From NCBI GenBank assembly GCA_951406725.2, contig OX597827.1, positions 51,522,001-51,586,000 on the forward strand: a stretch of DNA of 64,000 nt, read 5' to 3'. Under the pieces are notes generated by a model that was not told the origin of the DNA, did no database searches, and worked only from the letters and a program-made list of their open reading frames with translations. Numbering within the stretch: position 1 is the first letter of the stretch; each line of letters opens with the position of its first letter. Below are positions 12,931 through 26,342 of this stretch, piece by piece. Source of the DNA: Octopus vulgaris. Lineage: Eukaryota. The translations under genes were made by a program, and so were the position numbers.

Positions 12931-13964
12931 GCCACTGCACACAATCTAGCTTCTGATAAATCTCTCCTCCACAACCCATCTTCCACACCCACCCACCCAT
13001 CTCAACATCTCCCAATGGACTTACCATATATTGTATTCCTCTCCCCTCTATTTCTCACTTTCCATCATGAACCTACTTCCTGCACACAATTTCTCCCAGT
13101 CAAATCTTTTCCCCACAACATATTGTCCTAATACTCATCTCTCCCTATCTGTACCCACTCACTGCATTCCCTCCAGCTGCCATCTCATACTCTCTTTTTG
13201 TAATCTCTTGAACTTACCCACCAACCCATTCACTCTTCAATCCCTGGTCCACTTTACCATGCACACATCCGTTGGCAGAAAATCTGACTGACCATGCTGG
13301 ATGCCTTTCTTAACATTAAACATTTTACAGAGTGTACTGGATATATTTTTTCTGGCACCAGCATGATAGCTGTTGTCTTACCATGAACCCTGTCATACCC
13401 TGCAATGTCACTGCTTGATTCGATTTACCAATCATTTACAGAGTGTATTAGGTACTTTTTGTGGCACCAGCGTCATTTAGTCACCTTGTAGCTTGCAAAG
13501 TGAAGGACAGGCTTCATGATGGATAGAACAGATTTATTGCAAGAGGGTGGCAATGAAGAGAATAACAAGGGAAACAATATTAGGGCAGGAGTAATAGAAA
13601 TAATGTCAGGGAGTACTGTGAAGGAAAGGGAGAACTAAGTAGTAAGTGTAATGAAGTGGTGGGTTCAGTAATGTGTTTGGTCATACCAGTTCAAGATAGT
13701 CCAAAATAGTTCTTATTGGAATTACTCAGGTTTGTTGAGAGAGAATGATAGAAGAGAAACTAAACAAGTGTCACTGTACAAATATTCTGTGATATTTTGG
13801 CCATGGGGGAAATATTACCTTGCTTGGAAACAAGTGAGAGATGGTAATAGGAAGAGCATCTTGCTGTAGTTAATCTCCCTCATCAAATTCTGTCTGACTC
13901 GTGCAAGCCTAGAAAAGTGAATGTTAAAATGATGTCTTTCAATTTTTATTTTATCTATTTTCAG

Positions 13965-14048
13965 TTACAAACTGCAATTGCAAATAATTTACTGAAACCT
14001 GGTCTAAATATTGAGGTTCAGCCTCGAGAAGTAGTCATCAATCGAAAA
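13965..14048 (+). CDS. EBP2: EBP2 exon 2, LQTAIANNLLKPGLNIEVQPREVVINRK
   Basis: Acceptor ttttcag, donor gtaagc, 84 nt. Contains the LLKPGLN motif. Confidence 0.92.
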
Positions 14049-15854
14049 GTAAGCCTGTTTTTTATGCATTACATTTTATTTTAAAAATCAGAATTATCTT
14101 TTATTGAATCATTGAGATTTTGAAAGTTTGTAAGAGACAAATCAGTTGAACTGAAAGACAACCATGAAAAAGTAGTTAAAACTGAAATGATATCAATAGA
14201 AAACTAATGACATTTAAAGAGAAAACTGTAGGGTAGGTGTGAGAGGCCATATCTGACCAGTTTGAAGATAAAACAAGCAGATATTTGGATCAAATATGCT
14301 AAATGTTTAAACTATGTTCACAAAATATCTTGTAACAACTGAACTATTTTTGCATCCTGATAGCAAGATATATGTACAAAAATAATGTTGACACCCTAAT
14401 CCTTCCCTATAAAACTATGTTTTATTATTTTAGTTACCTTGGAAATTTCTTATTGACCAGTCAGAAAATATTTTATGAGTGTTAGTAGTTTGGGTTTGCA
14501 AATATAGCATAAAATAGCTAAGCTGCAGTTTACCGCAGTATCCATAGTCTATTCTGTGAAACGAGACCTCAGCAGGTTTTGTGACCTTTCGTGGTATGAA
14601 TTTACTAGCAGAGATGCCCAGCGTTGCCTGTGTTACATGCAATTGAAGAATTAGACTTTTCTGTTATTTTCTGTAATGAACTAGAATATCTATGTTTCGA
14701 ATTTCATCAAAATTGCAGATGAAGGTTATTTCCCTCTTTTCACACCCTAAAAAAATTGTAATTATGCCACATATATCCCACACTACTGATTTTTATGCAC
14801 ATATTCCAAAATTCGAGCCTTATTGAACCTGTTAAAAAGGTTTTGCTCCTGAAAAATGAAGGTCATGGAGTGCTAAAATGTGAGAGTTAAGGCCCCTGTT
14901 GGGGGTGGGCATCTTAATGTCAACCAGAGAAGTTGAATTGTTGAGAATCTTTTTAACTTGGGTCTTATATCTATTGTTTGAATTTCTTTGAAATAGAAAA
15001 TATATGTTCACTGGCTTTGTAAAAGAGAGCAAAGCTACAGGAAACCAAAAGATGAATGATCACAATAAGCAGTCAGCTACCCTACCCTAGTCGTCACCAC
15101 TCCCAATGTAAGATTCCTCACCATCCAGGTGACAGGCACAGCTATAAGATGCATTATGAATCTATAGCAATTGGAAGGGTGTGACCCAACTGAAATAAAC
15201 ATTAACAACTGTGTGACATAAGGGCTAAGGAGAAATGAAAGTGTCACCTCTGGAGTTTGCAAATGACCACTATACTGATACGTAACTGGACAGAATAAAT
15301 TTACAATCTATAAATGTCTTTGAATAACCAGTCTTTCATCTGGGAAGGCCTTGAAATCAATGTTACCATCTGGGGACTATGTGTGACCCAGTGATAAAAA
15401 GACTGAAAGGAGGTCTGCAATCAAATAACTTTACTCATCATTTTGCAGAAATCACAATGTAAGTGTATGTCAAAGCAAATTGTTGCACTGTTGTACCATT
15501 GAATTACAAATAATGCTCATCTTTTATGCTCGGGTAGCCCTACAGCTTCCAAGAGCACAACTGTATTCGTTTTTGCTTAGATAAAATGACAAAATTGTGG
15601 GTGTTAAGTCCCCATGGAGGGGTCTTTCTAACTTGTAAGAAGATGAAATTTTATAAATATTACTTCATTTGTATCTAATATCTATGGTAAAAATTTCATC
15701 AACAGCAAAAATATATGAATTGTCATGGGGGTTATGGCCCTTATGCATAGAATATAATTTCCAAATTTCATAAAAATCCATTCAGTACTTTTGACGTAGT
15801 TTTGGATCATAAAAGAAATTACTAAAATTTGTGAGTTAAGGCCCCCATTAGGGT

Positions 15855-16236
15855 GTTGTGAAGACCTGTTGAGGCAAGTGAAAATCGAAATCGATCAACA
15901 TCAATGGAAATTGTAGCTGTGATACCAGTGCCGGTGGCACGTAAGAGAACCATCCGAACATGGCCGTTGCCAGCGCCGCCCTGACTGGCCTCCATGCCGG
16001 TGGCACGTAAAAGGCACCATCCGATTGTGGCCGTTGCCAGCCTCGTCTGGCACCTGTGCAGGTGGCACGTAAAAAGCACCCACTACACTCACGGAGTGGT
16101 TGGCATTAGGAAGGGCATCCAGCTGTAGAAACACTGCCAAATCAGACTGGGCCTGGCGCAGCCTTCTGGCTTCCCAGACCCCAGTTGAACCATCCAACCC
16201 ATGCTAACATGGAAAACGGACATTAAACGATGATGA

Positions 16237-16240
<4 letters not shown>
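15855..16240 (+). mobile_element. Repeat family D (LINE 3' end or SINE with (GAT)n tail)
   Basis: ttaggaagggcatccagctgtagaaac..ccaacccatgc..(gat)n tail with internal ggtggcacgtaa repeats. Other pieces at ~1670, 13280, 13800, 16310, 24700, 25610, 25920, 58913. Confidence 0.8.
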
Positions 16241-16278
<38 letters not shown>

Positions 16279-17212
16279 TTTTTCTTTGTCTTACAAGTTA
16301 CTTGGTGACCTCTTAGTGCTGTTGCTATGAAAAAGAACTCAGGTTACACTGTAAAGTTGTCAGTGTTAGGAAGGGCATCCAGCTGTAGAAATCATGCCAG
16401 CAGGTGTTAGAGCTTGACACAGTTCTACAGCACATTGGACCCTGTTGAACCATCCAAACTAAGCCAATATGGATGATGATTGTGACAATTTTACACACAC
16501 ACACACACACAGTGTGTGCACATATGACTCATAGATGGGTAATCACTATTAAGAACGGTGCAGCCTCTATGTGGTCGCACGATTTGCTAGAAATAGTAGC
16601 CAAATCACAACTTAGTGTCTTAGATATACGATTCACTAGATGTTGTAGTCCGCCGAGGTGGACTTTGCATGAAATGCAAGACGACATTGTCATGGCTGGA
16701 ATGCCTTTGATCACGAATCAGCTCAAACAGGGCTTACATGGGTTGGAGAAGGGGGTTAAATAACAACAACAACAAACTCAACTAGCATATCTCGATCAGT
16801 GTTGACCCTGGGCTACAGAGCAAGAGCCACCTACCACCAACAACAACACCAATACTATTTGACAAGCAAAAGGAAAGAAAGCAGCATTTACCAAAGCTAA
16901 TACAATGTCTGAGTTACAGAGAGAGAGAGAGAGCAATGAAATTTTAATCCTGCCTTTCCAAAATGAAATGAATACTGGTTGTAAGACATTTCTCTGTGTG
17001 CCTTAAGAACATAAGCAAAGGTTTTATGTTGCTGAGGATATTAACTAAGTAATCTAGCCATAACCTTAATCAATTATTTTGAAAATCTATAAAATTATCT
17101 GAGTACACTCCTGCTTGCTTTGAAAATAAATGAAAAATACATTTTCAAATTTAAAAAGAACTTTGCAAATTGTAAAACAACTCTGTTCTGTTTATGCTTT
17201 TTTTAATTATAG

Positions 17213-17373
17213 GATGATATGGAAAATATTCTTAACAATTTCCGGTTAAACCTGAACTGGATTGAAAGACTTGACTACACTAGCATGACCACAACTGCAG
17301 AACAACTGGAAAAAGTTATGGGTGACGCTGAAAATGCATCAGTAAATAATGACTTTCAGAGAGAACTTTGTTT
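17213..17373 (+). CDS. EBP2: EBP2 exon 3, DDMENILNNFRLNLNWIERLDY...NNDFQRELC
   Basis: Acceptor ttatag, donor gtgagt, 161 nt, ends phase 2. W(I/V)ERLD and DFQRE motifs of the Ebp2 domain. Confidence 0.95.
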
Positions 17374-17812
17374 GTGAGTATTACAAGATATATTTTTTGA
17401 CAAGGTTTTAGATTTAATTTACAACTATTTTAAAAATAGTTTCACTATTCACAGAGAAAGTGAAGGACTGGAATGATTGTGATATGTAGTGCTCCAGAAG
17501 ACTTGCCTGTCTCAATGAAACAGATTCTAGAATTACAGTGTGTGTCTGTAAATATTTGTGGCTGCAAAGCTTTTTGTGTTGTATATCTTTATTTTGTCGT
17601 GTTTGTTTCATCATCATCCCTATATGTTTGTTAGCTTTTCCTAATGGCTTTTTGCCACTGGTGCCATCAAAAGTGAACAATATCGTTAAAGGAGCAAAAT
17701 TGTAATGATCTTTTGGATGTTGACTGATGAGGAATTAGCTATGAATTTTCTGTTTGTGATTTTGTAAAATTTTGCGTTGTGTTTTTGTTAAATTTTTGAA
17801 GAAATATATATA

Positions 17813-17972
17813 TAGGTGCAAGCATGGCTGTGTGTTAAGAAGCTTGTTTCCCAACCACATGATCCCGGGTTCAGACACTTGCCCAAGGTGCCATGCAGTG
17901 GCACCTTGGGCAAGTGTCTTCTACTATAGCTTTGGGCTGACCAAAGCCCCATGAGTGGATTTGGTAGACAAA
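17813..17972 (+). mobile_element. SINE family A, 5' fragment with a small internal inversion
   Basis: Head plus gacacttgcccaaggtgcca-tgcag-tggcaccttgggcaagtgtc palindrome. Confidence 0.8.
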
Positions 17973-17974
17973 TC

Positions 17975-18228
17975 CACTCATCAGCATAGAAGAGCTTCCG
18001 GGGGCAGCCTTCTTGAATTCCTCTATTATGGCATGGAGGACTATAATAAACAAGAGTGAGCCAAGAACTGATCTTTGGTGAATTGTACACTGAATTCATT
18101 GTTATACATGTTGCCGACCTTCACCTTAGTTGCAGCATCCCTATACATGACTTGTACAGTTCTTACTAATCTCTAGCTTCTGCATTGACCATTAGGTAAG
18201 AGAACAGGGCACCCTGTCAAAGGCTTAT
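17975..18228 (-). mobile_element. LINE RT core fragment
   Basis: KAFDRVP, MYRDAATKVKVG, HQ.SVLGSLLFIIVLHAIIEEFK, CPRKLFYADE. Confidence 0.8.
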
Positions 18229-18394
18229 CACTAGATAATGGAGCAGCATGGACCATGTCAGTCTGTCAATTTAAAAAGAAATACTGTCTTTTCAGTGTTT
18301 ACTTGTTTTATTTCAGAACAATGTAAGTTTTTACCCTTTCCAATTCCATGTAAACAATAACATGCCAGTATTCCTTTTAATTTCTGAAAATTAG

Positions 18395-18518
18395 CTACAA
18401 ACAAGCCCAATCAGCAGTATTAAGTTTGATGCCAAAGCTTCGAACGAATGGAATTCCTACCAAAAGACCTGATGACTATTTTGCAGAAATGGCTAAATCT
18501 GATTTACATATGAAGAGA
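18395..18518 (+). CDS. EBP2: EBP2 exon 4, (F)YKQAQSAVLSLMPKLRTNGIPTKRPDDYFAEMAKSDLHMKR
   Basis: Hallmark RP.DYFAEM.KSD motif. ag/gtaagt boundaries, phase consistent. Confidence 0.97.
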
Positions 18519-19814
18519 GTAAGTAAATGCCTAATTAATTGATTGAGTTGATGTATTTGATTTCATTAAGAAGCATCTAATTTCTAGTAACTCCGACTGG
18601 TTCCAGATCTTACTTCTTGGAATATTTATGTAATGCTCTGGCACAAAATATCTTGTCTCATAAGAATTGTAAACTAATAAGTTTCTTTGCCTACAAACTT
18701 GAGCCTTATTGCGGTTAGTCCTTTGCATGCTAAAGGTGTGCAGTTGCTTGTCAATGTGAGAACAGTTTTTTATATGGTGATCACTAAAGGAAGGGCAGTG
18801 CATATTACTGTTGCAAATCTACCTCAATTTGTAAGATAAATATGTTGATACTGGGCATAAACATCACCAGGAAGAATGGACGGGTAGGTAGAACTTCTGC
18901 AGGAAACTAGTCTGGAGAAATAGAATTAGGCAAAGTGTATAGTGCAGAGTCCAAGAACTAAGTCACAGTAAGGGAGGAGAGCATATGGAGCTATTTAGCT
19001 ATGTAGTGCAATGGTCACTTTAGTAACAATATAGAAAATGTAGAGAGAAACCACACAACTAAGCATGTAAGTGAATTTTTGCCAGTCATCTGAATGGCTT
19101 TTTAACCCTTTAGCATTTAAATTGGCCATATCCGACCCAGTTATTTTTCTTGTTTTATGTTTTGACTTCTCATACCTACCCTACAATGTCATTCTAAAAA
19201 TAAGCAATCACATCAACAATATCTCTAAGTTACAAGAAAATGAATGATTAATTCAAAGCATTACATTTGACAAAAAAGTTAAATTCAGTCTCTGATGAGC
19301 CTTTTTTGAGAATGGGCTGCATGAGAAGTTGCTTAAGATGAAGTGGGCAGCACTACTAAAAAAAATTCAAGATAATTTCAATAAATGTTGTATTTTGCAT
19401 ATAATTCGCTGTGCCATTCAGAATGTCCAACAAGCCACAGTTTGCCCATAACTGGGCAAAAAAGAAAATTATCCCAGACAAAAGTACCGTAATTAAGAAG
19501 TTGAAAGCATGTGTAGGATATAGAGTTTCTGAGTTCAAACCAGGCTTAGGGTTATGTAATGTGAGTACATGTAGGGTAACTGAAGTTGATCAGAATTTAG
19601 ACCCCAGTGTAGAACATACAAACAGAAAAGAATAGATTAAAAGTATTCACTGCAACTCGAAATTAGCTCAAAATAGAAACTGTCTTTAGAGTTAGGGTTA
19701 CAAAGAAATATATCTGGAAAAGAGAAAGTAATTAGAACAAACATTAATAGCATGAAAGGACTTGAGAAAATAAATATAAAAACATTTTTCGTATTGATAT
19801 TCAAAATCAGTACT

Positions 19815-20035
19815 TGTCATAATGGTTTCAAATTTTGGCTCAAGGCCAGCAAGTTCATTTGAGGAGGTAAGTCGATTATATTGACCACAGAACTCAGCTA
19901 GTACTTGTTTTATTGACCCTGAAAGTATGAAAAGCAAAGTCGAGCTCAGTGGAATTTGAACTCAGAATGTAAAGGCTCTCAAATGCTGCTAATCATTTGC
20001 CCAGCATGCTAACAACTCTGCCAACTTGCCACCTT
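19815..20035 (-). mobile_element. SINE family B, diverged copy
   Basis: aaagcaaagtcgagctcagtggaatttgaactcagaatgta..ctctgccaacttgccacc is the reverse complement of the family B head. Confidence 0.8.
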
Positions 20036-20397
20036 CAGTACTTGTAATATTAATAATACTGAGTTAGAAATTATTATAAGTTATAACAAACTGCAATGCA
20101 CCAAAACAGGTGGCATCAACTATGAAATTGTAAATCAGGTGGCATTCATATTTTTTATAGTTTCCTTCATTGTTTAGCCTTCAAATCAGCTGAGACCATA
20201 CTGTCTTTTTCCAATCTAGTATAAGGAGGACTGTATTATGCAGTCTACACAAGATGCTAATGTGAGATTTGATGACTGAGTCTAGCAAGTTGTGACTGCA
20301 AAGAATTTTTTTTTTTGGCTCATTTCATCCTATGGTGAAAACATACATTATTTCAAATTAATTTTACATTTTTTATCGTTTTTTTTCTCTCTTGCAG

Positions 20398-20487
20398 ATC
20401 CGTGAGAAATTACTTGCTCAAGAAATTGGAATGGAAAAATCAGAAAAGGCTAAAAAATTAAGAGCTGCTCGTAAATTTGGTAAACAG
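20398..20487 (+). CDS. EBP2: EBP2 exon 5, IREKLLAQEIGMEKSEKAKKLRAARKFGKQ
   Basis: Acceptor cttgcag, donor CAG|gtaagt, 90 nt. SEKAK.LR..RK(F/Y)GK motif. Confidence 0.97.
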
Positions 20488-21050
20488 GTAAGTAGAATTT
20501 GGTTTACTACAGCTTTGCAACATTTATACATCCACTCGGGAAAACTGAAAAAAATTGAAAGTGATTTCAAAAATGATTATTCTTTAATGAGTAAATTTTA
20601 GTTAATGTAAACAAGACATGATAGTTCTCAAGTTGCCAGTAGGTCTTGGGAAAGTGACCATTACATATCTGCTGCTAATATACATAAGCTTGTTTGTACT
20701 GTCTTTATTCCCTTGCAGTTGGGCTTTCCTGGTAAAATGAAATAGAGTAAAAAAATAAATACGAAATATAAAAATTTTCAAGAGTTGATAAAAAGTTGGG
20801 AGAAATATCAGCAGGAAGAAATGCAAATGGTATGGGTTTATTTACAGTGGATCTCAACTTTCCAGGGAGCAAGCCAAACACTGGTTTCAGGACTGATCTC
20901 TGTAGAACATGCCAAATGAAATGAGGTGTGTTAGGTGATGTAATGGTAGCAGACTGTCATTGATGCAGTTATAGTTTCTTATGGGAACACACACACACAC
21001 ACAGAACATGCTTCCATCTGCTTGACATAAAATGGACCATATGTCAAGCA

Positions 21051-21229
21051 CAGTGCTTTTCAAACTTTTTGCTGGAGCGGAACCCCAAGGAAACATTCCA
21101 CTGGCTCGAGGAACCCCTGTGCAATAATTTAATAGTCTTATGCACACATATCTGCACAGGAGAATTAAAAATTACTGCCGATTTTAGCAGTTTTGTAACT
21201 TCTTGCGGAACCCTGGTTGAAAACCACTG
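21051..21229. mobile_element. hAT (Charlie-like) MITE, 179 bp
   Basis: TIRs CAGTGCTTTTCAA / TTGAAAACCACTG, perfect 8-bp TSD GTCAAGCA (21043-21050, 21230-21237), internal GGAACCC repeats. Confidence 0.92.
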
Positions 21230-21473
21230 GTCAAGCAGATGGAAGCAGTGTGGGAGCATGTTCTGTGTGTTCCCATGTTTTTTCTTGCAGACATTGATTT
21301 ACAGAGGCATGTACTGAAAATCATCTGCATCAATCTCACCATTCTACATTGCTCCGTTTAAATAGTGTATTAATAAGTGTATATTTGTTTGTATACACGT
21401 TTATGTAAACATATTAACGTGTGTATATATTTGCAAGTCTTCCTAACCAATTATTTAAAAATAACTTTTCAAG

Positions 21474-21549
21474 GTCCAGATTGATATTCTTAAGAAAAGA
21501 GCACAAGAAAAGAAAAAAATGTTAGAAGAAGTAAAGAAATATCGGAAAG
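21474..21549 (+). CDS. EBP2: EBP2 exon 6, VQIDILKKRAQEKKKMLEEVKKYRK
   Basis: Acceptor aag, donor G|gtatgt, 76 nt. VQ....R..EK..M...KKY.KG motif. Confidence 0.93.
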
Positions 21550-21899
21550 GTATGTGTAAAAAGTTTTCTTATGTCACTCATTTATTAATATTAAATACAC
21601 TTACAATGGCTTTTTTTTTTGTGTGCTGTTATTCATTCATGTTTCTGCATCTAATTTTCTTAGTTTGTTCTTTTCATATATTGCATTGATTTACTATTTA
21701 ATCTCATCATTATTGTGTTTACATCACACATATGCCTAGCTTACATTTTGTAGATATCAACTGCCCAGTTTTCCAGGTAATCTCAAAGCTACATTCCTGA
21801 ACTTAGTAATTGTTCTGTGCATAATAAGGAAAGGGTCTGAGTCCAAATTTAACTTCATGCCATGTGTGTGTGTGTGTATGTATATATATATATATATAC

Positions 21900-22232
21900 T
21901 TCCATAGCAAGTGACCTGATCTGAGATCGTGTACTGGAACGAAAGCAATTGCAGCATGGAATGACTGACTATGGGATTGCACCTTCCCACGCACAAGTCC
22001 AGGCAAGGTTGTTTATGGAAGACCAGCAGTTGCCCATGCATACCAGTCTCCCCTCTCCACACCATCAGTGTTATCCAAGGGAAAGGCAAAGGCTGATACA
22101 GCTTGGCACCTGAGTAAACTGGAGCAACATTAATTAAAGTGGCTTGCTCATGAACATAACATGCAGCCCGGTCCAGGATTCGAACTCACAACCTCACAAT
22201 CGTAAGCTCAATGCTCTAACCACTGAGCCATG
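21900..22232 (-). mobile_element. tRNA-derived SINE
   Basis: Reverse complement head atggctcagtggttagagcattgagcttacgatt..gagttcgaatcctggaccgggc. Confidence 0.8.
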
Positions 22233-23044
22233 CAAGAATAGTGCCTATATTGTCAATGAGTAGACACAGAAGCAGAAGAGATGAAATTAATAGTTTGGAA
22301 AATTAAAATAGTTCTAGCAATAATTCACATAAAAAGAAGCAAGATATGTAATTACAACTGTTCCAAACCATTAAAATAAGTATTAAAATTTTGTTTTGGG
22401 TGGGGAGAAAACTGTACATAGAAGTAATGTTGTATTTAACCTTCATTCACAAATATCAATGGAAAGAAAATTGTAATGTAATTGTTTTATTTTGTTTATC
22501 TTTGTGTGCACTCATTCTAATATGTAAATATTTCAACAATCCTTGTTCTGTAATAATTTTTTGGAATAATATCTCAAAAGCTAATGTTTCCAATGAGCAA
22601 AATTGATAACATTAAAGAGAAAGATGCTTTTGCTCTTTTGCAACCAAGATCCAAAGTTTGAGAAGACAAAAACACAGATAAAGCTTATGATACTTGTTGT
22701 GATTTTAGTTTTGGATCACGAGATGTTGATTGTCTCAATTGCTGTTATATGCCTGCAGTGCGACTGCGCAGAATTCTGCTCTATTTGCAGACGACATGTT
22801 CAGTGTTGATTTTAGTTAGTCTAGAATGTAGCTACTTGCTGCATAAAATGTTATTGCATTGAAGTTTGGTTTTGCTTACAATTTTAGCAATCTTCGTTTG
22901 TATTGTATATTGCTGTATTTTTTAGTCGATTAAAACCTTTTAAAGTTTGATATTCGAGTTTGGGTTTATAACAATACTAAAACAATTGTGTTAGTGTATT
23001 AGTAATTTGAGTTTTATCTTGGTCTTTTAATCTGTGTATTTTAG

Positions 23045-23156
23045 GTCAGAAGGACAAACTTGATTTCCTTGATGATATCAAACTAGAAGATGAAGACAAA
23101 CCTAACAAAAATTCCAGACGACGAAACAAATCTAACAGAAACGAAACTCAACACCA
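23045..23156 (+). CDS. EBP2: EBP2 exon 7, (G)QKDKLDFLDDIKLEDEDKPNKNSRRRNKSNRNETQH
   Basis: Acceptor tttag, donor gtaatt, 112 nt. DKLDFL motif. Phases 1 and 2 match the neighbouring exons. Confidence 0.9.
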
Positions 23157-23797
23157 GTAATTTTTTGTTTTTCTTCTATTATCAATTGTTGTATTTATTT
23201 ATTTTACTAGGCTATTATGAATCAGTTTTTGAAATTTCACAAGCTGCCACACTATTATTAGATAATAACATGAAGCATACAGCTGTTTCATTTTGAATTT
23301 TAATAGTTTTGGTTTTCATATAATCTGTGTAGGGTTGTTGAATGTATGACATTTGAAGGTCCTTCAAGTGGTGTGGTGAAATTAATGCAGTTGATTTTCA
23401 GTGTGAACTTCTGTAGGAGCATTATGGACCTGAAGGAATTCTAGAGGATTATAACTCTGGAGAAGAATGAGACTCAGTAGTGATGATGAGAAAAAGAAAA
23501 TGGGTATATGGACCTATATCTAGATGACCTGTAGCTTGCATATTCACAGGAGTAGAAGCCATCATTTTAATTGTGATAGAAAAAAGTGAGAAGTAGTATT
23601 GGTTGTAGCATATTAGTGATTAAATCTTTGCTTAACCAAGCAAATTGCCTTTAATTGGTTGTGGCTACTAAGAAACATGATTTATAGAAGGTGATAAGTT
23701 ATTTATAATTATTTCCATCATCTCGAGGTATTGAGAGTGAGGCTAGAAGTTGGCAGTCTGAGAGCTTACCATTGTTGGATAGTGTATTTCCATAGAT

Positions 23798-24197
23798 ATT
23801 TACTCTTTACTCTTTTACTTGTTTCAGTCATTTGACTGCGGCCATGCTGGAGCACCGCCTTTAGTCGAGCAAATCGACCCCGGGACTTATTCTTTGTAAA
23901 CCCAGTACTTATTCTATCGGTCTCTTTTGCCGAACCGCTAAGTGATGGGGACGTAAACACACCAGCATCGGTTGTCAAGCAATGCTAGGGGGACAAACAT
24001 ATACACACACACTTATATATATATACATATATACGACAGGCTTCTTTCAGTTTCCGTCTACCAAATCCACTCACAAGGCATTGGTCGGCCCGGGGCTATA
24101 GCAGAAGACATTTGCCCAAGGTGCCACGCAGTGGGACTGAACCCGGAACCATGTGGCTGGTTAGCAAGCTACTTACCACACAGCCACTCCTGCGCCT
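23798..24197 (-). mobile_element. SINE family A, full copy
   Basis: Reverse complement of 29588-29972 with a duplicated (agtaaaag) tail. Confidence 0.9.
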
Positions 24198-24835
24198 ATA
24201 TATACATTCCAATTAAATGTAGAGCTGTAAGGAAAGAAATATTGAAAAGTTTAGTGAAAATGGGAGCTTGCTCTAAAACACACTTAGGGTAATAGGAAGG
24301 ATAACATCAGGACTAATCATCCCATTGAGTTCAAATGATTTGAGTTTTATTGTAGGAGATTGCATAAGCAAAGAGGAAAGGGAGTGTTGAAGCAGAAGTA
24401 TGATGGCTTTATTTCCAGTTGGAGATGGCGTGTGAATTCTTAGGGTTAGAAACTGTAACCTTGTTGCAACTAAACCAGTTAGGGTTTTTCAAAAAATAAA
24501 TTAATGTTGAAGGTGAAACAAATTTTGTTTATCTTTACATCACTGAATGCCTGTGACACTAGATTGATAATATAGAACTGGCAGAGAGTGGTGTGAGGTA
24601 TGTTGCTTATCACCAACATTTATTTGGGTAGAGATAAACACAATTTACTGGTGCAGGTTGGATTTGGAGGATTTCAGGACAGTCAGTTCAGTAAGCATTT
24701 AAAGTTCAGCACAGTCCTCTGGCTTGATGGCTCCTGTCAAACCATCCAACCCATGCCAGCATAGAAAACAAACATTAAATAGTGATGATAATTGCATGTA
24801 TATGCATCTATGTGTGTGTGTGTGTATATATATAT

Positions 24836-25230
24836 AGGGAGAATTCACAAAAAAAACAAAAGACGAAGACAGGTGGTATAGACAACGAACAGATGTATTA
24901 GTATAACGTTCTAGAAGTGAAAAAGTTTCGAGCCTATGCTCTTCCACAGAAAGAAACAAGGAGAGAAAATAATGTGTAGTGGCTTGCAATCTATCATGGC
25001 GAAGGCCGGACAGAAGGATCACACAGAAGAGCTGGGGAGAAGGGAAGATAATAAAGTAGTGGTGATCCCAAAATGAAGGTGCGCGTGCATATGTATAAGA
25101 GAGTTTGTATGTGCTGGTGATCTTGATGTGTGTGTATGTGTAGGTGTGAAAATGTGGGTCTAGGAAGTGGTCAGTGTTGATGTGTGCATGGTGGTGTGTT
25201 GTGATGTGATGTATTTTATATATATATGTA
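24836..25230 (-). mobile_element. Penelope-like terminal repeat fragment
   Basis: Minus strand CTGTGGA-agagcataggctc-GAAAC degenerate core. A related motif occurs on + at 52490-52525. Confidence 0.45.
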
Positions 25231-26197
25231 AAATATAACATGTTTTGACTGGCACAACAATGCAGAGTGGACTATAATAAATGTTATAATTTAATTATCC
25301 ATAGTCTGATATAATAATATTTCAGATAATTAAATTATAATAACAATACACAATGCTTCAAGTGAACTACAATACTCTCATATATATAGAGAGAGAGCGA
25401 AGGGAACTTAAACTAACTTCATCCCAGGCCAGGTGCCTTGGCATGAAAAGTCAGCTGTATGAGCAATCCTTATTGAGCTTGTTATGGCATAGTAGATTAA
25501 CACAATTAGGCTTGAGGCAGTTATTTACATGGAACACAAAATACAGATTACAAAATAAAGAAAACAAAACAGAACTGTATGTGTGTTTATGTATGTATAT
25601 ATATGTGTATCATTATTTAATGCCTGCTCTCCATGCTCACATGGGTTGGATGGTTTGACTGAATACTAATAAGCTGGGAAGTTGCACTAGGTTCCAATCT
25701 GATTTGTCATGGTTTCTACAGCTGGATACCCTTCCTAACACCAACCACTCCAAGAGTGCAGTGGGTGCTTCTTACGTGCCACCAGCATGGATGCCAATTA
25801 AACAACACCAGCATTGGCTACAACTACCATCTCACTTGGCTTGACAAGTCTTCTCAAGCACAGCATATTGCCCAGTGTTCGAAGGTGTTTTTTACATGCA
25901 AGTTATGCAACGCTATATCATCATCATCATTGTGTTAATGTCCAGTTATGCTTGCATGGATGAGAGAGAATTTATAGTTTTCTGTGGCTGGATGCCCTTC
26001 CCTCCACCAACTGTTACCAGTTTTCGTGTAAGATAAAATCCCCCCATAGTTAGACATGTTTTCCTGATTGGAAATGAAAGACATTGCCTACATGACAGTG
26101 ACACTTGCTTCCCATTTCCTACTAACAAATTTCTCGTCTATTTTTGTTATTTTGGCAAGATATTAATTTTTTAAAAAATTCTTTGATTACTTTTTAG

Positions 26198-26342
26198 ACC
26201 AAACAGTAAACGTCAGAGCAAAAATGAACGTTTTGGTTTTGGCGGTAAAAAGAAACGGTCAAAATCGAACAATGCTAAGAGTTTTGATGAACTTTCTCCC
26301 ATAGAAAGTATGATGATGAATCAAAGTTCTCGTAAACATCAG
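26198..26342 (+). CDS. EBP2: EBP2 exon 8, (Q)PNSKRQSKNERFGFGGKKKRSKSNNAKSFDE...
   Basis: Hallmark KR..KN..FGFGGKK..SK.N motif. Acceptor tttttag, donor CAG|gttag. Confidence 0.96.

Noticed and set aside
19285-19335. CTGATGA followed by a gcc..ggc stem
   Set aside because: No GAAA, stem III or stem I, so it is not a hammerhead.
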